Source: Planctomycetota bacterium
GTDB lineage: Bacteria; Planctomycetota; UBA1135; UBA2386
NCBI GenBank assembly: GCA_036724695.1
Contig: DAIMFJ010000002.1
Location: 1-46,504, forward strand
DNA: 46,504 nt
Direction of reading: 5' to 3'
Both the position numbers and the translations under genes were made by a program. The notes beneath the pieces were generated by a model, which did not search any database, was not told the DNA's origin, and was given only the letters and a program-made list of their open reading frames with translations. Below, piece by piece: positions 25,763 to 42,834 of this stretch (position 1 is the first letter of the stretch; each line of letters starts with the position of its first letter).

Positions 25763-27976
25763 ATGCAACGACCGAACCTCCCCCTCGCGACGTGGCTGGC
25801 GGGCGCCCTGGCCTGGGTGCTTGCCGGCGACCTGTGCGCGCAGCGCCCGACGCCGGTCGCAGCGCCGGCTCCCGCCCTGGCCGCCGCTGGCGTCTGGCAG
25901 CACGACGGGGCGCTGCTCGCGGCCGCTCGGAACTACCGCGCCGAGTTCGGTCCGCGCGGCGTCGAGTTCCTGCCCGCGCTCGGCAGGCACGCAACCCGGG
26001 CCGAGCCACTGCACCTCGCCCTCGCCGGCATCCGCCGTGGCGATCGCCCTTGGCTCGCAGCAGCAGGCCACCAACCCGAACGCAGCCACGACCGCTGGCA
26101 CGTCGCCTACAGCTGGCCCGGGGTCGTCGAACGCTACGACGCCACCGCCGCCGGCCTCGAACAGAGCTTCCACTTCGCCGCACCGCCATCCGGCGATGGC
26201 GATCTGGTCGTGCAGCTCGACGTCGCCACGCGCCTGCGCCCCGCCGCCGGCCCGGCGATCGCCTTCACGAACGGCCGCGGCGGCGGCGTGCAGTTCGGCG
26301 CCGTCACCGGTATCGCCGCCGACGGCACCACCTGCCGCGGTGCCATCCGCCACGTCGACGGCGGCCTCGAGCTCAGCCTGCCGGGCTGGTTCGTCGACCA
26401 GGCCAGCTACCCCCTGGTGCTCGACCCGCTGATCGGCACGCTCGCCGAAGCGCTGCCGGGTGCCGACTCCGACTACGGCGACGTCGCGTACGACGCCTAC
26501 ACCGACACCTACTGCGTGGTCTGGACGCAGTTCTACGGCGGCGGCACGACCGGCGTGGTCGGCAGCGTCTGGCAGCGCCAGGGGCTGTCGCGCGCCTACG
26601 CGTTCGCGATCAACCAGAACGGCGACGAGGACAGCATCCGCGTCTGCCTGATCGGCGGTGCTGGCGTGTTCGTGCTGGCGTGGGTCAACCGCACCGGCAA
26701 CGGCGACAGCATCTGCGGCATCGCCCTCGAACCGGCCCAGGCGCAAGGCACCAACGTGTGGACCTTGTGGGGCCCAGGCACGCTCGGCGGGCCGATCCTC
26801 AGCGGCGAGGCGACGCCGTTCGACGACGACTGCCTGATCGCGTGGCTCGACGACCAGTACGGCCTGCTCGGCTGTTCGCTGTCGGTCGATCCGCAACTGC
26901 AGGTCGGCGCGACCCAGGTCGTGCAGATCGCCGGTGGCAACGTCGCCGAACCGGCGATCAGCAAGCAGGGTGGCGCGATCGGCATGCACGTGGTGACCTG
27001 GGTCGACCGGCCGGTCGGTTCGCCCGGTTGGATCCGCGCACAGGTCGTCGACCACGACATGAACCTGGTCGGTCCCGGGGTCTGGGTGCAGAACGCCGCG
27101 CAGGACTGCGGGTATCCCGCCGTCGACGGCGACGGGTTCCTGTTCCTGGTCGCCTGGGAACAGCAGGAGGTCGCCAATCCATCGGGCTACGACGTCAAGG
27201 GCCGCCTGCTGACGGTCGGGCCGAGTGGCTTCACCAGCGTCGGCGGCGAACTGCCGCTGGTCAGCTACCCAGGCGACCTCGACATCGCCGTCGACGTGGC
27301 GCGGCTCGGCGACAAGTTCGGCATCTGCTACGAAGGCCGCCCCGCCGCGAGTCCGGGCGTCGGCGACGTGTACTTCCAGGTGCTGGCCCGCAACGGCAGC
27401 ACGATCGGCGGCGAACACCGCGTCGACCTGACGCTCGGCAACCAGTACCTCAGCGAGTACGCGCCGCGGCTGATCGGCCGCTGTGCCGGCGACGCCAGCC
27501 TGCTCGACGACACCGGCCTGTTGGTGTTCTCCGACCAGAACATCGCCACCGCCGACGCCAACCTCGGTCTGCAGGAGATCGCCGCGATGGGCGGCGGCGG
27601 ACCGGTGCAGGACCTCGGCGGCGGCTGTGGTCCCGGCGGCCTGCTGGTGCCGAACGGCCCGTTCGCGCTCGGCAACAGCCAGTTCGCGCTCGAACTGTTC
27701 GGCGCGCAGCCGCTGGCGGTGCCGTTCCTGCTGATCGGCTGGCCCCAGCCACTGCAGAGCTGCGGCGTCTGCACCGCGATCGCACCGTGGTCGTCGAGTT
27801 TCGTGGCGAACACGGCGGGCTATGCGATCGGCACGCTGCCGCTGCCCGGAGCGGCCAGCCTGGTCGGCCTGACGCTCGACTTCCAGTTCGCGAGCTTCCT
27901 GGTGCCGTACGTCGGTTGCCCGTACGCAGCCGGCCTGGCGCTCAGCAACGTGCTGCGCGCGACGCTGGACCACTGA
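25763..27976 (+). CDS. large secreted protein of unknown function with a Cys-containing C-terminal beta-domain
   Basis: Start at MQRPNLPLATWLAGALAWVLAGDLCAQ (signal peptide), inside track ORF 25622..27976. 737 aa, Trp/Tyr/Asp/Gly-rich, beta-like composition. The C-terminal ~120 aa are related to the C-terminus of the 33500 protein. Confidence 0.7.
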   Translation: MQRPNLPLATWLAGALAWVLAGDLCAQRPTPVAAPAPALAAAGVWQHDGALLAAARNYRAEFGPRGVEFLPALGRHATRAEPLHLALAGIRRGDRPWLAAAGHQPERSHDRWHVAYSWPGVVERYDATAAGLEQSFHFAAPPSGDGDLVVQLDVATRLRPAAGPAIAFTNGRGGGVQFGAVTGIAADGTTCRGAIRHVDGGLELSLPGWFVDQASYPLVLDPLIGTLAEALPGADSDYGDVAYDAYTDTYCVVWTQFYGGGTTGVVGSVWQRQGLSRAYAFAINQNGDEDSIRVCLIGGAGVFVLAWVNRTGNGDSICGIALEPAQAQGTNVWTLWGPGTLGGPILSGEATPFDDDCLIAWLDDQYGLLGCSLSVDPQLQVGATQVVQIAGGNVAEPAISKQGGAIGMHVVTWVDRPVGSPGWIRAQVVDHDMNLVGPGVWVQNAAQDCGYPAVDGDGFLFLVAWEQQEVANPSGYDVKGRLLTVGPSGFTSVGGELPLVSYPGDLDIAVDVARLGDKFGICYEGRPAASPGVGDVYFQVLARNGSTIGGEHRVDLTLGNQYLSEYAPRLIGRCAGDASLLDDTGLLVFSDQNIATADANLGLQEIAAMGGGGPVQDLGGGCGPGGLLVPNGPFALGNSQFALELFGAQPLAVPFLLIGWPQPLQSCGVCTAIAPWSSSFVANTAGYAIGTLPLPGAASLVGLTLDFQFASFLVPYVGCPYAAGLALSNVLRATLDH

Positions 27977-28115
27977 CCGCGGGTCGCAGCGGCAGTCGGG
28001 ACGGAATCCGGTTGCAGAGCGCCAGCCGCGCGCCGAAGTTGCCCGGTGTACGGATTCGGTACAAGACCCCGGACCGGGCGTCCGGATCGTGGACACGGAG
28101 GCGCCGACGCCCCGG

Positions 28116-28130
28116 CGGCACACCGTTTGC
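28116..28130 (+). promoter_or_regulatory. sigma54-type promoter (cGGCACaccgtTTGCc) upstream of the lipoprotein/activator operon
   Basis: GGCAC-N5-TTGC, 48 nt upstream of the ATG at 28179. Intergenic, correct orientation. Confidence 0.6.
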
Positions 28131-28178
28131 CTTGCACAGCCGGGCCTGGACGCCTTCGTCCAGCCCCGCGAGGCACCG

Positions 28179-29561
28179 ATGACCAGAACCAACTTCCTCC
28201 TCCTCCCCTTCGTCCTGCTGGCCGCTTGTGGCGGCGGGGGCGGCAACAGCGGCAGCGCCAGCGGCGCTCCGCTGCCGAACCCGCTCGGCTCGGTGCACGT
28301 CGTGCTCGACACCGCGACCGGCAGTGACGCCCTGGTGCAGCTCCAGGTCGCCGCCGCCTTCCTCGAACGAGGCGACGGCAGCACGACCGGCAACCTGCTG
28401 CCCGCCGCGACGATGCTGACGTTCGCGGACCCGATCGGCGAAGCAGCCGGTCTGGTGCTGCGCGCCGCCCCGACCGGCGTGTATGCCAACCTGCACCTGG
28501 TGCTCGCCCCGGGCAGCGGCACCCTGCTGCGCAGCGACGGCTCGACGGCGGCGATCGCCGCCCCGGCCGACCTCGTGGTGCCGATCTTCGACGGCCTGCA
28601 ACACGACGGCAGCCGCCGGTCCTGGCTGGAGGTCGCGCACCTCGGTGCCCCACCGAACGCCGGCACCTGGCAACCGCGCCTGCAGGCGCGCGCCGACGGC
28701 GGCAGCCGCACGCTCGCGGCATTGCGCGTCGCCGCCAGCACGGCGAGCGCGGTGACCGCGATCTGGACGCCGGCCGCGGACGGCCCGCTTGGAGTCGAGT
28801 TCGCAACCAACTGCCGCTTCCTCGACGACGCCGGTGCGGCCCTGGGTGGCGCCGCGGCGTTCCTGACCGGGCTCGGCGCCAGTGACGATCTGGTCGTCGC
28901 CGGACGGCTGTTCCGCGACGGCACGTTCGCCTGTGACCAGGTGCAGCGCCAGAGCCGCAACGACCAGCCGCGCCTGCTCGGCCGCATCACCGCGATCGAC
29001 CCGTTGCATCGGACGTTCTGGCTCGACGTGTTCGCCGAGGTCCGGCGCGGCGAACGCCGCCTGCTGGCGACCGCGCGGCCGACCGCGGTGGCGGCGGCGA
29101 CGGCGCGCCTGCACCGCCATGGCGAACGTCTGCCAGCTGCGTTCGGCGACCTGGCGGTCGGTCAGGTGGCGAAGGTCGAGTGGCGCAGCAGCTCGACGCT
29201 GCCGAACAACCTGCCGCAGGTCGTCGCAACCGAGATCGAGTTCGCCGGGCCGGGCACCTGGGCACCTCTGCAGCCGGAGTGGGAAGGTCGGGTGCTCGCC
29301 GTCGACACCCAGCTCGGCACCATCACGGTCGTGCCGCGCGGCAACGATCCGATCGTCGTGCAGGGCCAGAACGTCGCGCAGGCGACGGTGACGGTCGACG
29401 CCAACACCTACCTCGAGCGCCGCCAGCGCCAGGGCGGCGCTCGATCGCGCATCGCGCTCGATGCGATCGTCGCCGGTGGCGATCGCATCTGGTGGCGTGG
29501 TACCGTCGAACAGACCGGATCGATCCAGGCGACCTGGGTCCGGGTGCGGGACGACAGCTGA
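28179..29561 (+). CDS. lipoprotein (DUF4382-like N-terminal domain and DUF5666-like repeats suspected)
   Basis: MTRTNFLLLPFVLLAACGGGGG (lipobox LAAC plus a Gly linker). ..VHVVLDTATGSD...PTGVYANLHLVL.. resembles DUF4382. ..GRITAIDPLHRTFWLD.. and ..GRVLAVDTQLGTITVVP...TVTVDANTYLE.. resemble DUF5666 units. It ends 5 nt before the activator gene. Confidence 0.7.
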   Translation: MTRTNFLLLPFVLLAACGGGGGNSGSASGAPLPNPLGSVHVVLDTATGSDALVQLQVAAAFLERGDGSTTGNLLPAATMLTFADPIGEAAGLVLRAAPTGVYANLHLVLAPGSGTLLRSDGSTAAIAAPADLVVPIFDGLQHDGSRRSWLEVAHLGAPPNAGTWQPRLQARADGGSRTLAALRVAASTASAVTAIWTPAADGPLGVEFATNCRFLDDAGAALGGAAAFLTGLGASDDLVVAGRLFRDGTFACDQVQRQSRNDQPRLLGRITAIDPLHRTFWLDVFAEVRRGERRLLATARPTAVAAATARLHRHGERLPAAFGDLAVGQVAKVEWRSSSTLPNNLPQVVATEIEFAGPGTWAPLQPEWEGRVLAVDTQLGTITVVPRGNDPIVVQGQNVAQATVTVDANTYLERRQRQGGARSRIALDAIVAGGDRIWWRGTVEQTGSIQATWVRVRDDS

Positions 29562-29566
29562 GGACC

Positions 29567-33364
<3,798 letters not shown>

Positions 33365-33377
33365 TCGCGACGCCCGT

Positions 33378-33423
33378 GTCCGGATTCCGGGCAGCGCCGC
33401 GTCCTGGTGCCCGGAATCCGGAC
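33378..33423. repeat. perfect 16-bp inverted repeat (hairpin/terminator after the activator gene and/or activator binding site)
   Basis: GTCCGGATTCCGGGCA-N14-TGCCCGGAATCCGGAC. It starts 14 nt after the activator stop and ends 22 nt before the -24 element of the next promoter. No U-tract follows. Confidence 0.6.
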
Positions 33424-33444
33424 GGTTGGGCGGCTGGAGGCGCG

Positions 33445-33459
33445 CGGCACGGCGATTGC
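33445..33459 (+). promoter_or_regulatory. sigma54-type promoter (cGGCACggcgaTTGCg)
   Basis: GGCACG-N4-TTGC matches the TGGCACG-N4-TTGC consensus in 14/15 positions. It is 40 nt upstream of the ATG at 33500. The predicted TSS lies downstream of the alternative ATG at 33467, which supports 33500 as the start. Confidence 0.65.
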
Positions 33460-33499
33460 GATACGGATGGTGTTCCGCGCAACCCACACGAATCCGCTC

Positions 33500-34084
33500 A
33501 TGCACCCGATCATCGCCACCTTCGCCCTGCTGCTCGCTGCGACCCCCGCCTTCGCCCAGTCGCAACGCCTCCTCGGCGCCGTCGAGGACGTCCAGAACAC
33601 CGCGAACCGGTTCTACCTGGAGTGCACGCAGATCCCGGTCGTCAGCACGGCCGTCGACCTCAACCTCTGGCTCGGCCAGGAGGCGATCCTGGACGTCACC
33701 AACGTCGGCACCGCGCAGGTGCCGGTGCTGCATGTCGATGCGATCGCCGCCACCACCAAGGTGTTCGACATGGGCAACCTGCGCATCGGCCAGACCAGCC
33801 GCTGGGAAGTCCGCGCGGCGGCCGGTTCGCTGGCGTTCCTGTTCCTCGACTTCACCGCCAGCACCGGCTACTCGCCGTTCGGCGCGTACGGCACCTGGCT
33901 GCTGGGCCCGGGTGCGGCGACGCTGGCCTTCGGCAGCACCAACGCGCTGAACCTCTGGCAGTTCGACTACCCGGTGCCATCGGTCCCTGCCCTGGTCGGC
34001 GCTTCGCTGACCGGACAGGCCCTGGTCGGCACCAACGGCGCCTGGACACTCAGCAATCCGGATTGCCGAATCCTGCGCCAGTGA
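33500..34084 (+). CDS. small secreted protein, paralogous to the C-terminal domain of the 25763 protein
   Basis: MHPIIATFALLLAATPAFAQS (signal peptide). 194 aa. ..MGNLRIGQTSRWEV...YPVPSVPALVGASLTGQALV...WTLSNPDCRIL.. parallels ..ALGNSQFALEL...LPLPGAASLVGLTLDFQFASF...LALSNVLRATL.. of the 25763 protein. Confidence 0.7.
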   Translation: MHPIIATFALLLAATPAFAQSQRLLGAVEDVQNTANRFYLECTQIPVVSTAVDLNLWLGQEAILDVTNVGTAQVPVLHVDAIAATTKVFDMGNLRIGQTSRWEVRAAAGSLAFLFLDFTASTGYSPFGAYGTWLLGPGAATLAFGSTNALNLWQFDYPVPSVPALVGASLTGQALVGTNGAWTLSNPDCRILRQ

Positions 34085-34137
34085 ACCCCAGGGCGCCTGC
34101 CCCACCGTTTGCGCACCACCGCCGTCCCGAGGGTACA

Positions 34138-35811
34138 ATGTCCCGCTCCATGCTGTTTCGAATGCTGACTCCACTGCTGCTGGCCTGGCCCCTGGTCGGC
34201 CAGCAGATCACGATCGCCGAAGGCAGCCCCGGGGCACTGCAGATCGTGACGATCGCCGAGACCGCACCGAACGCCGGCGACACGGTGGTCCTGCAAGGCA
34301 TCGAGTTGCTGCCGATCGAGATGACCGGCCGCACCCTGGCGATGGAGTACGATCGCACGCGCGCGCGCCGTCTCGACCGCGATGGCGTCGTTCGCATCGA
34401 ATTGCCCGACGGTGGCCGGCTGCTGCGCTACCAGCGCCTCGGCGGCCAGTTCTGGGGCTATCTGTGGATCCGTGCCGACGGCAGCGCGCAGGTTGCACTG
34501 GAAGCGGCGGGCGCCGGGCCGAATCAGCTCGACGATCCCTTCGTCGATCGCATCGCCGTGGCTGCCGACGGCCGTCACGCGGCGATCGCCAACCTGGACC
34601 AGGACGCGCTGCACCTGCTCCGCCTGGACGGCGGCACGTTCGCGAGCACCGGGCGCGTCGACCGCCGCTTGACGAACACCGAGGTACTGCCGCTGTCGGT
34701 GATGGTCGGCAGCACCAGTGTGTTCTTCCAGGACGAGAACGCGCGACTGTGGCGCTGCGGGCTCGCCGACGGCAACCTGCCGGTCGACGTCTCGCCGCCG
34801 GCGGTCCCGAACGGCGAATGGAAGGACCAGATGGCGATGTCGGGCGACGGTTCGCGCCTGGTCTTCCTGTACGGCCCGCGCGACCAGCAGCTCCTGTTCA
34901 CCGTCGAGGACGTCGGGCCAGCCCAGCAACTACCAGCACCGCCGAGCAAGTACGAGGAGCCGGGCTACCTGCCCGAGGAGGCCGGTGAGCCGGCGATGCT
35001 GCTCGACCACGCCGGTTCGCGACTGCTGTACGTCGACGGCATCGTGCGCGACGAGCTGTTCCTGATGGACCTCACCGGCGCGCTGCCGAACCTGCAGATC
35101 ACCCAGAACAGCATCTTCCAGCCGTACATCGGCGTGCACATCCTGCCGAAGTTCCACGCCCAGCAGCTGCTGATCGCGATCGGCGATCCGGCCAGCATGG
35201 ACTGGTACCGCGCCGACCTCACGGCGGCCGGTGGTCAGGTGGTCAACCTGACCGGCACCGGCTCGCTGCAACAGCCGTTCGTGTCGGGCACGCTCGATCC
35301 GGTGCAAGCGGCGGATGCGAACGGCACGTTGCTGGTCGCCGAGAACCGGAATGGACAGATGGGGCTGCGCCGGCTCGATCCGGCGACCGGCCTCTCGACC
35401 GTCGTACAACAGGGGTTGACCGGACTGCCGGTGGCCGGCAGCTCGGTGCTCGGCGCCGCCGACCTGTTGGTCGCGGACGCGACGGGCACGCGCCTGTACC
35501 GCGGCGACACGGCGACGGTGCTCGCCGCGGCGCCCAACGGCGTCCGCCTGACGCCACCGGTGCACGGCCCCGTGTTGGCCGCCACCTGGGTCGAACTGCT
35601 CGGCACCTTCGGCGCTCTGGCGTTCTACCTGCCGGACGGCACGGTCGTCGCAGGCCCGATCGAATTCGGGGTCACCCAGGTGTGCGCGACCCCGACCGGC
35701 GCGTTCGTCGTCGACGGCAACCAGCCGCGCGTCCTGCGCCCTGGCGGCAACCTGCCGATCGTCCGCCCCAGCGCGGCGATGCGCCGCATCCTGTCGGGCG
35801 CGGGCGCCTGA
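34138..35811 (+). CDS. secreted beta-propeller-like protein (TolB/PD40-like repeats suspected)
   Basis: MSRSMLFRMLTPLLLAWPLVGQQ (signal peptide). Recurrent ..S/A-x-DG-x-x-(L/A)-(V/A/L)-(F/I/Y).. blocks (ADGRHAAIANL, SGDGSRLVFLY, DHAGSRLLYVD). 557 aa. C-terminal part of track ORF 33376..35811. Confidence 0.65.
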   Translation: MSRSMLFRMLTPLLLAWPLVGQQITIAEGSPGALQIVTIAETAPNAGDTVVLQGIELLPIEMTGRTLAMEYDRTRARRLDRDGVVRIELPDGGRLLRYQRLGGQFWGYLWIRADGSAQVALEAAGAGPNQLDDPFVDRIAVAADGRHAAIANLDQDALHLLRLDGGTFASTGRVDRRLTNTEVLPLSVMVGSTSVFFQDENARLWRCGLADGNLPVDVSPPAVPNGEWKDQMAMSGDGSRLVFLYGPRDQQLLFTVEDVGPAQQLPAPPSKYEEPGYLPEEAGEPAMLLDHAGSRLLYVDGIVRDELFLMDLTGALPNLQITQNSIFQPYIGVHILPKFHAQQLLIAIGDPASMDWYRADLTAAGGQVVNLTGTGSLQQPFVSGTLDPVQAADANGTLLVAENRNGQMGLRRLDPATGLSTVVQQGLTGLPVAGSSVLGAADLLVADATGTRLYRGDTATVLAAAPNGVRLTPPVHGPVLAATWVELLGTFGALAFYLPDGTVVAGPIEFGVTQVCATPTGAFVVDGNQPRVLRPGGNLPIVRPSAAMRRILSGAGA

Positions 35812-35842
35812 CGCGGCGCCGGCGGCACCTGCAGACGTCGGA

Positions 35843-37774
35843 TCAGACCGCCACGCGGTGCTCGGCGCACCACCGCATCAACACGTACAGGGACCAGATT
35901 CGCGACCAGTAGAGGCCCGGTGCCCCGGCGGTGAAGGCCCGCCACAGGTCACCGACCGCTTCCGGGCGCAAGCCGACCGCGGTGCAGGCCGCACGGTCGG
36001 TGAGCACTGCGTCGACCGCCCCGTGCAAGCGCTCCTTGCACCAGCGTTCGATCGGCAGCACGAACCCCGACTTCGGCCGCTCGAAGATCGCGGGATCCAG
36101 CCCGACGAGTCCGAGGTCGCGCAGCAACTGCTTGCGGCCGAGCGGCTCGAAGCGACGCCCGAACGGCACCGCCGCAGCCGCCTCGACGACCACGTGATCG
36201 AGCAGCGGCACGCGCACCTCGATCGACGGCGCCATGCCTGCCCAGTCGGTGTCCCGCAGCAACCGTTCGCCGAGGAACAGCGCCAACTCGAGGGTTGCGA
36301 CCCCGTGGCGCGCATCGACGCCGTCGACCAGTTCGCGCAGCTCGGCAGCACGGCCGCGGGGCAGGCCACGTTCGACCCCAGCACCGGGCGCTGCCAACAG
36401 CCGAGCATGCAGGTCCGAGGTGAACAGTCCGTAGGCGGTCTGGTACGCGGCCAGCAGATCGCCGCGCGTCGCCAACAGGTCGCCCAGCTTGCCCCAGCGG
36501 GTCTGCGGCGGCACGGCTCCGAAACGCCCGTGCTTGACCCGGACCACCGCCGCTGCGAGTGCGCGCAGGATCCCAGCCGGCAGCCAGCGCAGACGTCCGG
36601 CGACCCGCGCAGCGCGCGGCACTTCGCGAAAGCTCCGGTACCCCCCGAACAGCTCGTCGCCTCCGGTGCCCGCCAACGCCACGGTCACCCCAGCGTCGCG
36701 CACCGCGCGGCTGACGAAGTACGAGTTGACGCCGTCGAAGGTCGGCTGGTCGATCGCCGCGAGCGCCGCATCGAGGCCGCCGACGAAGTGCTCCTGCGTC
36801 AGGCGGATGTCGGTGTGGGTCGTGCCAAGCCCTGCTGCCACCGCCTTGGCGAAGCGCGACTCGTCGAACGCCGCCTCGTCGAACGAGATGTTGAACGTGC
36901 GCACGCTGCCAGCCCCGTCGGCAGCCACGCGTGCCGCCAGGGCCGCGACGGCACTCGAGTCGATCCCCCCGGACAGGAACACGCCCAGCGGCACGTCGCT
37001 GACCAGGTGTTGGCGCATCGAGGAGTCCAGCGCGTCGCGGAGCCGCTCGACGCCGTCCGGCTGCGGTGCTGCCGCCGGCAGGCGCCAATAGAGCTCGGTC
37101 TCGCACTGCAGCGACGCCGGATCGACGCGCATCGTGCAACCCGGCGGCAGCAGGCGGACGCCGTCCACGAGGGCGTCCGGACCGACCACGAAGCCGTTCC
37201 AGACATAGGTGTCGAGCGCTGCGCGCGACAGGCGTCGCGTCGTCCACCCCGTCGCCAGCAACGAGCGCAGCTCCGATGCGAACAACAGCGAGCGCACGCC
37301 ACCGCGCACGACCTCGCACCAGTACAACGGTTTGATCCCGAGGCGATCGCGGGCCAGCAACACGTCACGACGCCGGGCATCCCAGATCGCCAGGCCGAAC
37401 ATGCCGCGCAGGCGTTCGATCGCCGCCGCCCCCCACCGTGCATAGGCGGCGAGGATCACCTCGGTGTCGGTCCGCGACCGGAACACCGCCCCGGCCGCCG
37501 CCAATTCGGCGCGCAACTCGGCGTAGTTGTAGATCTCGCCGTTGAAGACGATCACGTTGCCGGTGGCCGGATCGACCATCGGCTGGTGCCCGTCGGCGGT
37601 CAGGTCGAGGATCGCCAGACGACGGAACCCGAAGGCAGCGCCGATCCCCGACGCGGAGCTCTGCCAGGCCCCGCTGTCGTCAGGCCCCCGATGGATCTGG
37701 CGCCGGCTGGCTGCTGCCACGGCCGCCACCACGTCGGCGCCGATCGCGCCCACCGCACCGGCGATGCCGCACAT
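35843..37774 (-). CDS. asnB: asparagine synthase (glutamine-hydrolysing)
   Basis: MCGIAG N-terminal nucleophile (hence the start at 37774 rather than 37780), ..FNGEIYNY.., PP-loop VFLSGGIDSSAVAA. 643 aa. Confidence 0.9.
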   Translation of the reverse strand: MCGIAGAVGAIGADVVAAVAAASRRQIHRGPDDSGAWQSSASGIGAAFGFRRLAILDLTADGHQPMVDPATGNVIVFNGEIYNYAELRAELAAAGAVFRSRTDTEVILAAYARWGAAAIERLRGMFGLAIWDARRRDVLLARDRLGIKPLYWCEVVRGGVRSLLFASELRSLLATGWTTRRLSRAALDTYVWNGFVVGPDALVDGVRLLPPGCTMRVDPASLQCETELYWRLPAAAPQPDGVERLRDALDSSMRQHLVSDVPLGVFLSGGIDSSAVAALAARVAADGAGSVRTFNISFDEAAFDESRFAKAVAAGLGTTHTDIRLTQEHFVGGLDAALAAIDQPTFDGVNSYFVSRAVRDAGVTVALAGTGGDELFGGYRSFREVPRAARVAGRLRWLPAGILRALAAAVVRVKHGRFGAVPPQTRWGKLGDLLATRGDLLAAYQTAYGLFTSDLHARLLAAPGAGVERGLPRGRAAELRELVDGVDARHGVATLELALFLGERLLRDTDWAGMAPSIEVRVPLLDHVVVEAAAAVPFGRRFEPLGRKQLLRDLGLVGLDPAIFERPKSGFVLPIERWCKERLHGAVDAVLTDRAACTAVGLRPEAVGDLWRAFTAGAPGLYWSRIWSLYVLMRWCAEHRVAV

Positions 37775-37989
37775 CAGCAACTCCTGCGCGCCAGGGGCGT
37801 TGCATCGATCGAACGGGGGGTTGCGGAACGCACCATGCGCACCTCATCGACGATCGCCGTCGAGGTTCCCAAGTGCAAGCACCTTGGCTGGGCAGGATGC
37901 CCCCTCGCCACCACGCCCTGTGCAGAATTCTCCACATCGGCAAGACCGACCTTTTCCCTCGCGCGAGCCCGGCCCCATCGCTGTAATCC

Positions 37990-41265
<3,276 letters not shown>

Positions 41266-41313
41266 CGCGTCGGCGCGGCCATCCCGGTCGTCCGTGCGCG
41301 CAATCGCACCGCC

Positions 41314-42588
41314 ATGATCGAGACGCCGCACCACGATTCCCGCCTCGCCCACGAAGTCGCCCGCTTCTGCAAGGAGCAGGTCACCGAGCCGCAGCGGCAG
41401 CGCAGCGAGTTCCCCAGCTCACCGCTGTGGGCTGCCGTCCGGAAGACCGGCACGTCCTTGTGGCTCGACACCGGCGACATCGACGCCGCCCGCGAACTGT
41501 GGGTCCGCGAGTTCGACGCGCTGACCACCAACAACACGCTGCTCAACAAGGAGGTCCAGAAGGGCCTCTACGACCAGCTGGTGCCGAGCGCAGCACGGTT
41601 GATCAAGGCCGCCGGCGGCGCGTTGCCGAACGCCCAGCTGGTCCAGGAGATCGCGTTCGTCCTGAACGCCGTGCACGGCCTGCGGCTGGTGCGCAACTTC
41701 GACGCCGACGTCTCGGTCGAACTGCACACCGCGAGTGCCGACGACGCCGAGGCCAGCTACCAGTACGGCAAACGCTTCCACGCGATCTGCCCGGACCGCT
41801 TCATCGTCAAGGTGCCGCTGACACCGGCCGGCCTGCTGGCCGCGCGCCGCCTGTCGGACGACGGCATCCGGCTCAACTTCACGCTCGGCTTCTCGGCGCG
41901 CCAGAACTGGCTGATCGCCGCCGTGGCGCGGCCGACCTGGGTCAACGTGTTCATGGGCCGCATCAACGCCTTCGTCAGCGACAACCAGCTCGGCGACGGC
42001 AAGAACGCCGGCGAGAAGGCGACGCTGGCCAGCCAACGCGGCCTGCGCCGCCTGCGCCAGCAGCAGGGCGTCGACGTGCGGCAGATCGGCGCGTCGATGC
42101 GCAACGGCCAGCAGATCGCCGACCTGCTCGGTCTGGACGTGTTCACGATGCCCACGGCCGCCGCCAAGGGCTTCCTGGACGCGAAGCCGAGCCCGGCCTC
42201 GCTGGCCGATCGCACTGCGAACGACCCGTCGGTGCAGTTCGCCGCCGGCGTCGACGTCGCCGGCAACCACCTCGACTGCTTCTGGCGACTCGACGCCACG
42301 TGCGAAGCGGCGACGGCCGCGGTGGCGCGCCTGAACGCGAAAGCCGCGACCAGCCGCGACGTGCTGCGCGAACTGGCCGCGCACGGCGCCGGCGACCTGT
42401 TCCCGCAATTCACCGCCGACGAAGCCGCCCGCATCGCCAAGGAGGGCAAGATCCCGGCCTCCGCATCCTGGCAGCAGCGCGTGCAGGCCGGGACCGCCAG
42501 CTGGGACGGCCTGCTGACCGCGGCCGCCTTGGCCAGCTTCACCCAGGATCAGGAAGCGCTCGACCGGCGCATCGCTGGATTGCTGTAA
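41314..42588 (+). CDS. transaldolase-family protein (long form, variant TTNNT motif)
   Basis: ..LWLDTGDIDAA...ALTTNNTLL.. (compare TalB ADTGD...TTNPSL), ..VSVELH.. (compare STEVD), Schiff-base Lys context ..RFIVKVPLT.., ..IRLNFTLGFS.., ..VNVFMGRIN.. 424 aa. Confidence 0.75.
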   Translation: MIETPHHDSRLAHEVARFCKEQVTEPQRQRSEFPSSPLWAAVRKTGTSLWLDTGDIDAARELWVREFDALTTNNTLLNKEVQKGLYDQLVPSAARLIKAAGGALPNAQLVQEIAFVLNAVHGLRLVRNFDADVSVELHTASADDAEASYQYGKRFHAICPDRFIVKVPLTPAGLLAARRLSDDGIRLNFTLGFSARQNWLIAAVARPTWVNVFMGRINAFVSDNQLGDGKNAGEKATLASQRGLRRLRQQQGVDVRQIGASMRNGQQIADLLGLDVFTMPTAAAKGFLDAKPSPASLADRTANDPSVQFAAGVDVAGNHLDCFWRLDATCEAATAAVARLNAKAATSRDVLRELAAHGAGDLFPQFTADEAARIAKEGKIPASASWQQRVQAGTASWDGLLTAAALASFTQDQEALDRRIAGLL

Positions 42589-42800
42589 GCCGTTCCCCAC
42601 AAGCCTCTTCTGAGATCCGCTGCGGCCCCTCCGAACCGGTCCGATCATACGCTATGGCGTATTCATCGCCAGAGGGCCGGGAATCTCGCCGCGGACGGAA
42701 CCGTCGCCGCGACTTTGCGTTGTGGGGATTCTGCGGCCGCCAGCCCGGCAGCGGACCTGTCCCATCCAGCCCCGCGCCGGCCATCACCCAGGTGCCGGTG

Positions 42801-42816
42801 TGGCACCCGATTTGCA
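42801..42816 (+). promoter_or_regulatory. sigma54 promoter, perfect consensus (TGGCACccgatTTGCA)
   Basis: TGGCAC-N5-TTGCA, intergenic. The -12 GC lies 19 nt upstream of the ATG at 42835. Confidence 0.7.
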
Positions 42817-42834
42817 TTGCCGCACGACCCTCGC

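Noticed and set aside
34098-34112. TGCCCCaccgtTTGC upstream of the beta-propeller gene, sharing CACCGTTTGC with the 28116 promoter
   Set aside because: It lacks the near-invariant -24 GG dinucleotide. The gene is more simply explained as co-transcribed from the 33445 promoter.
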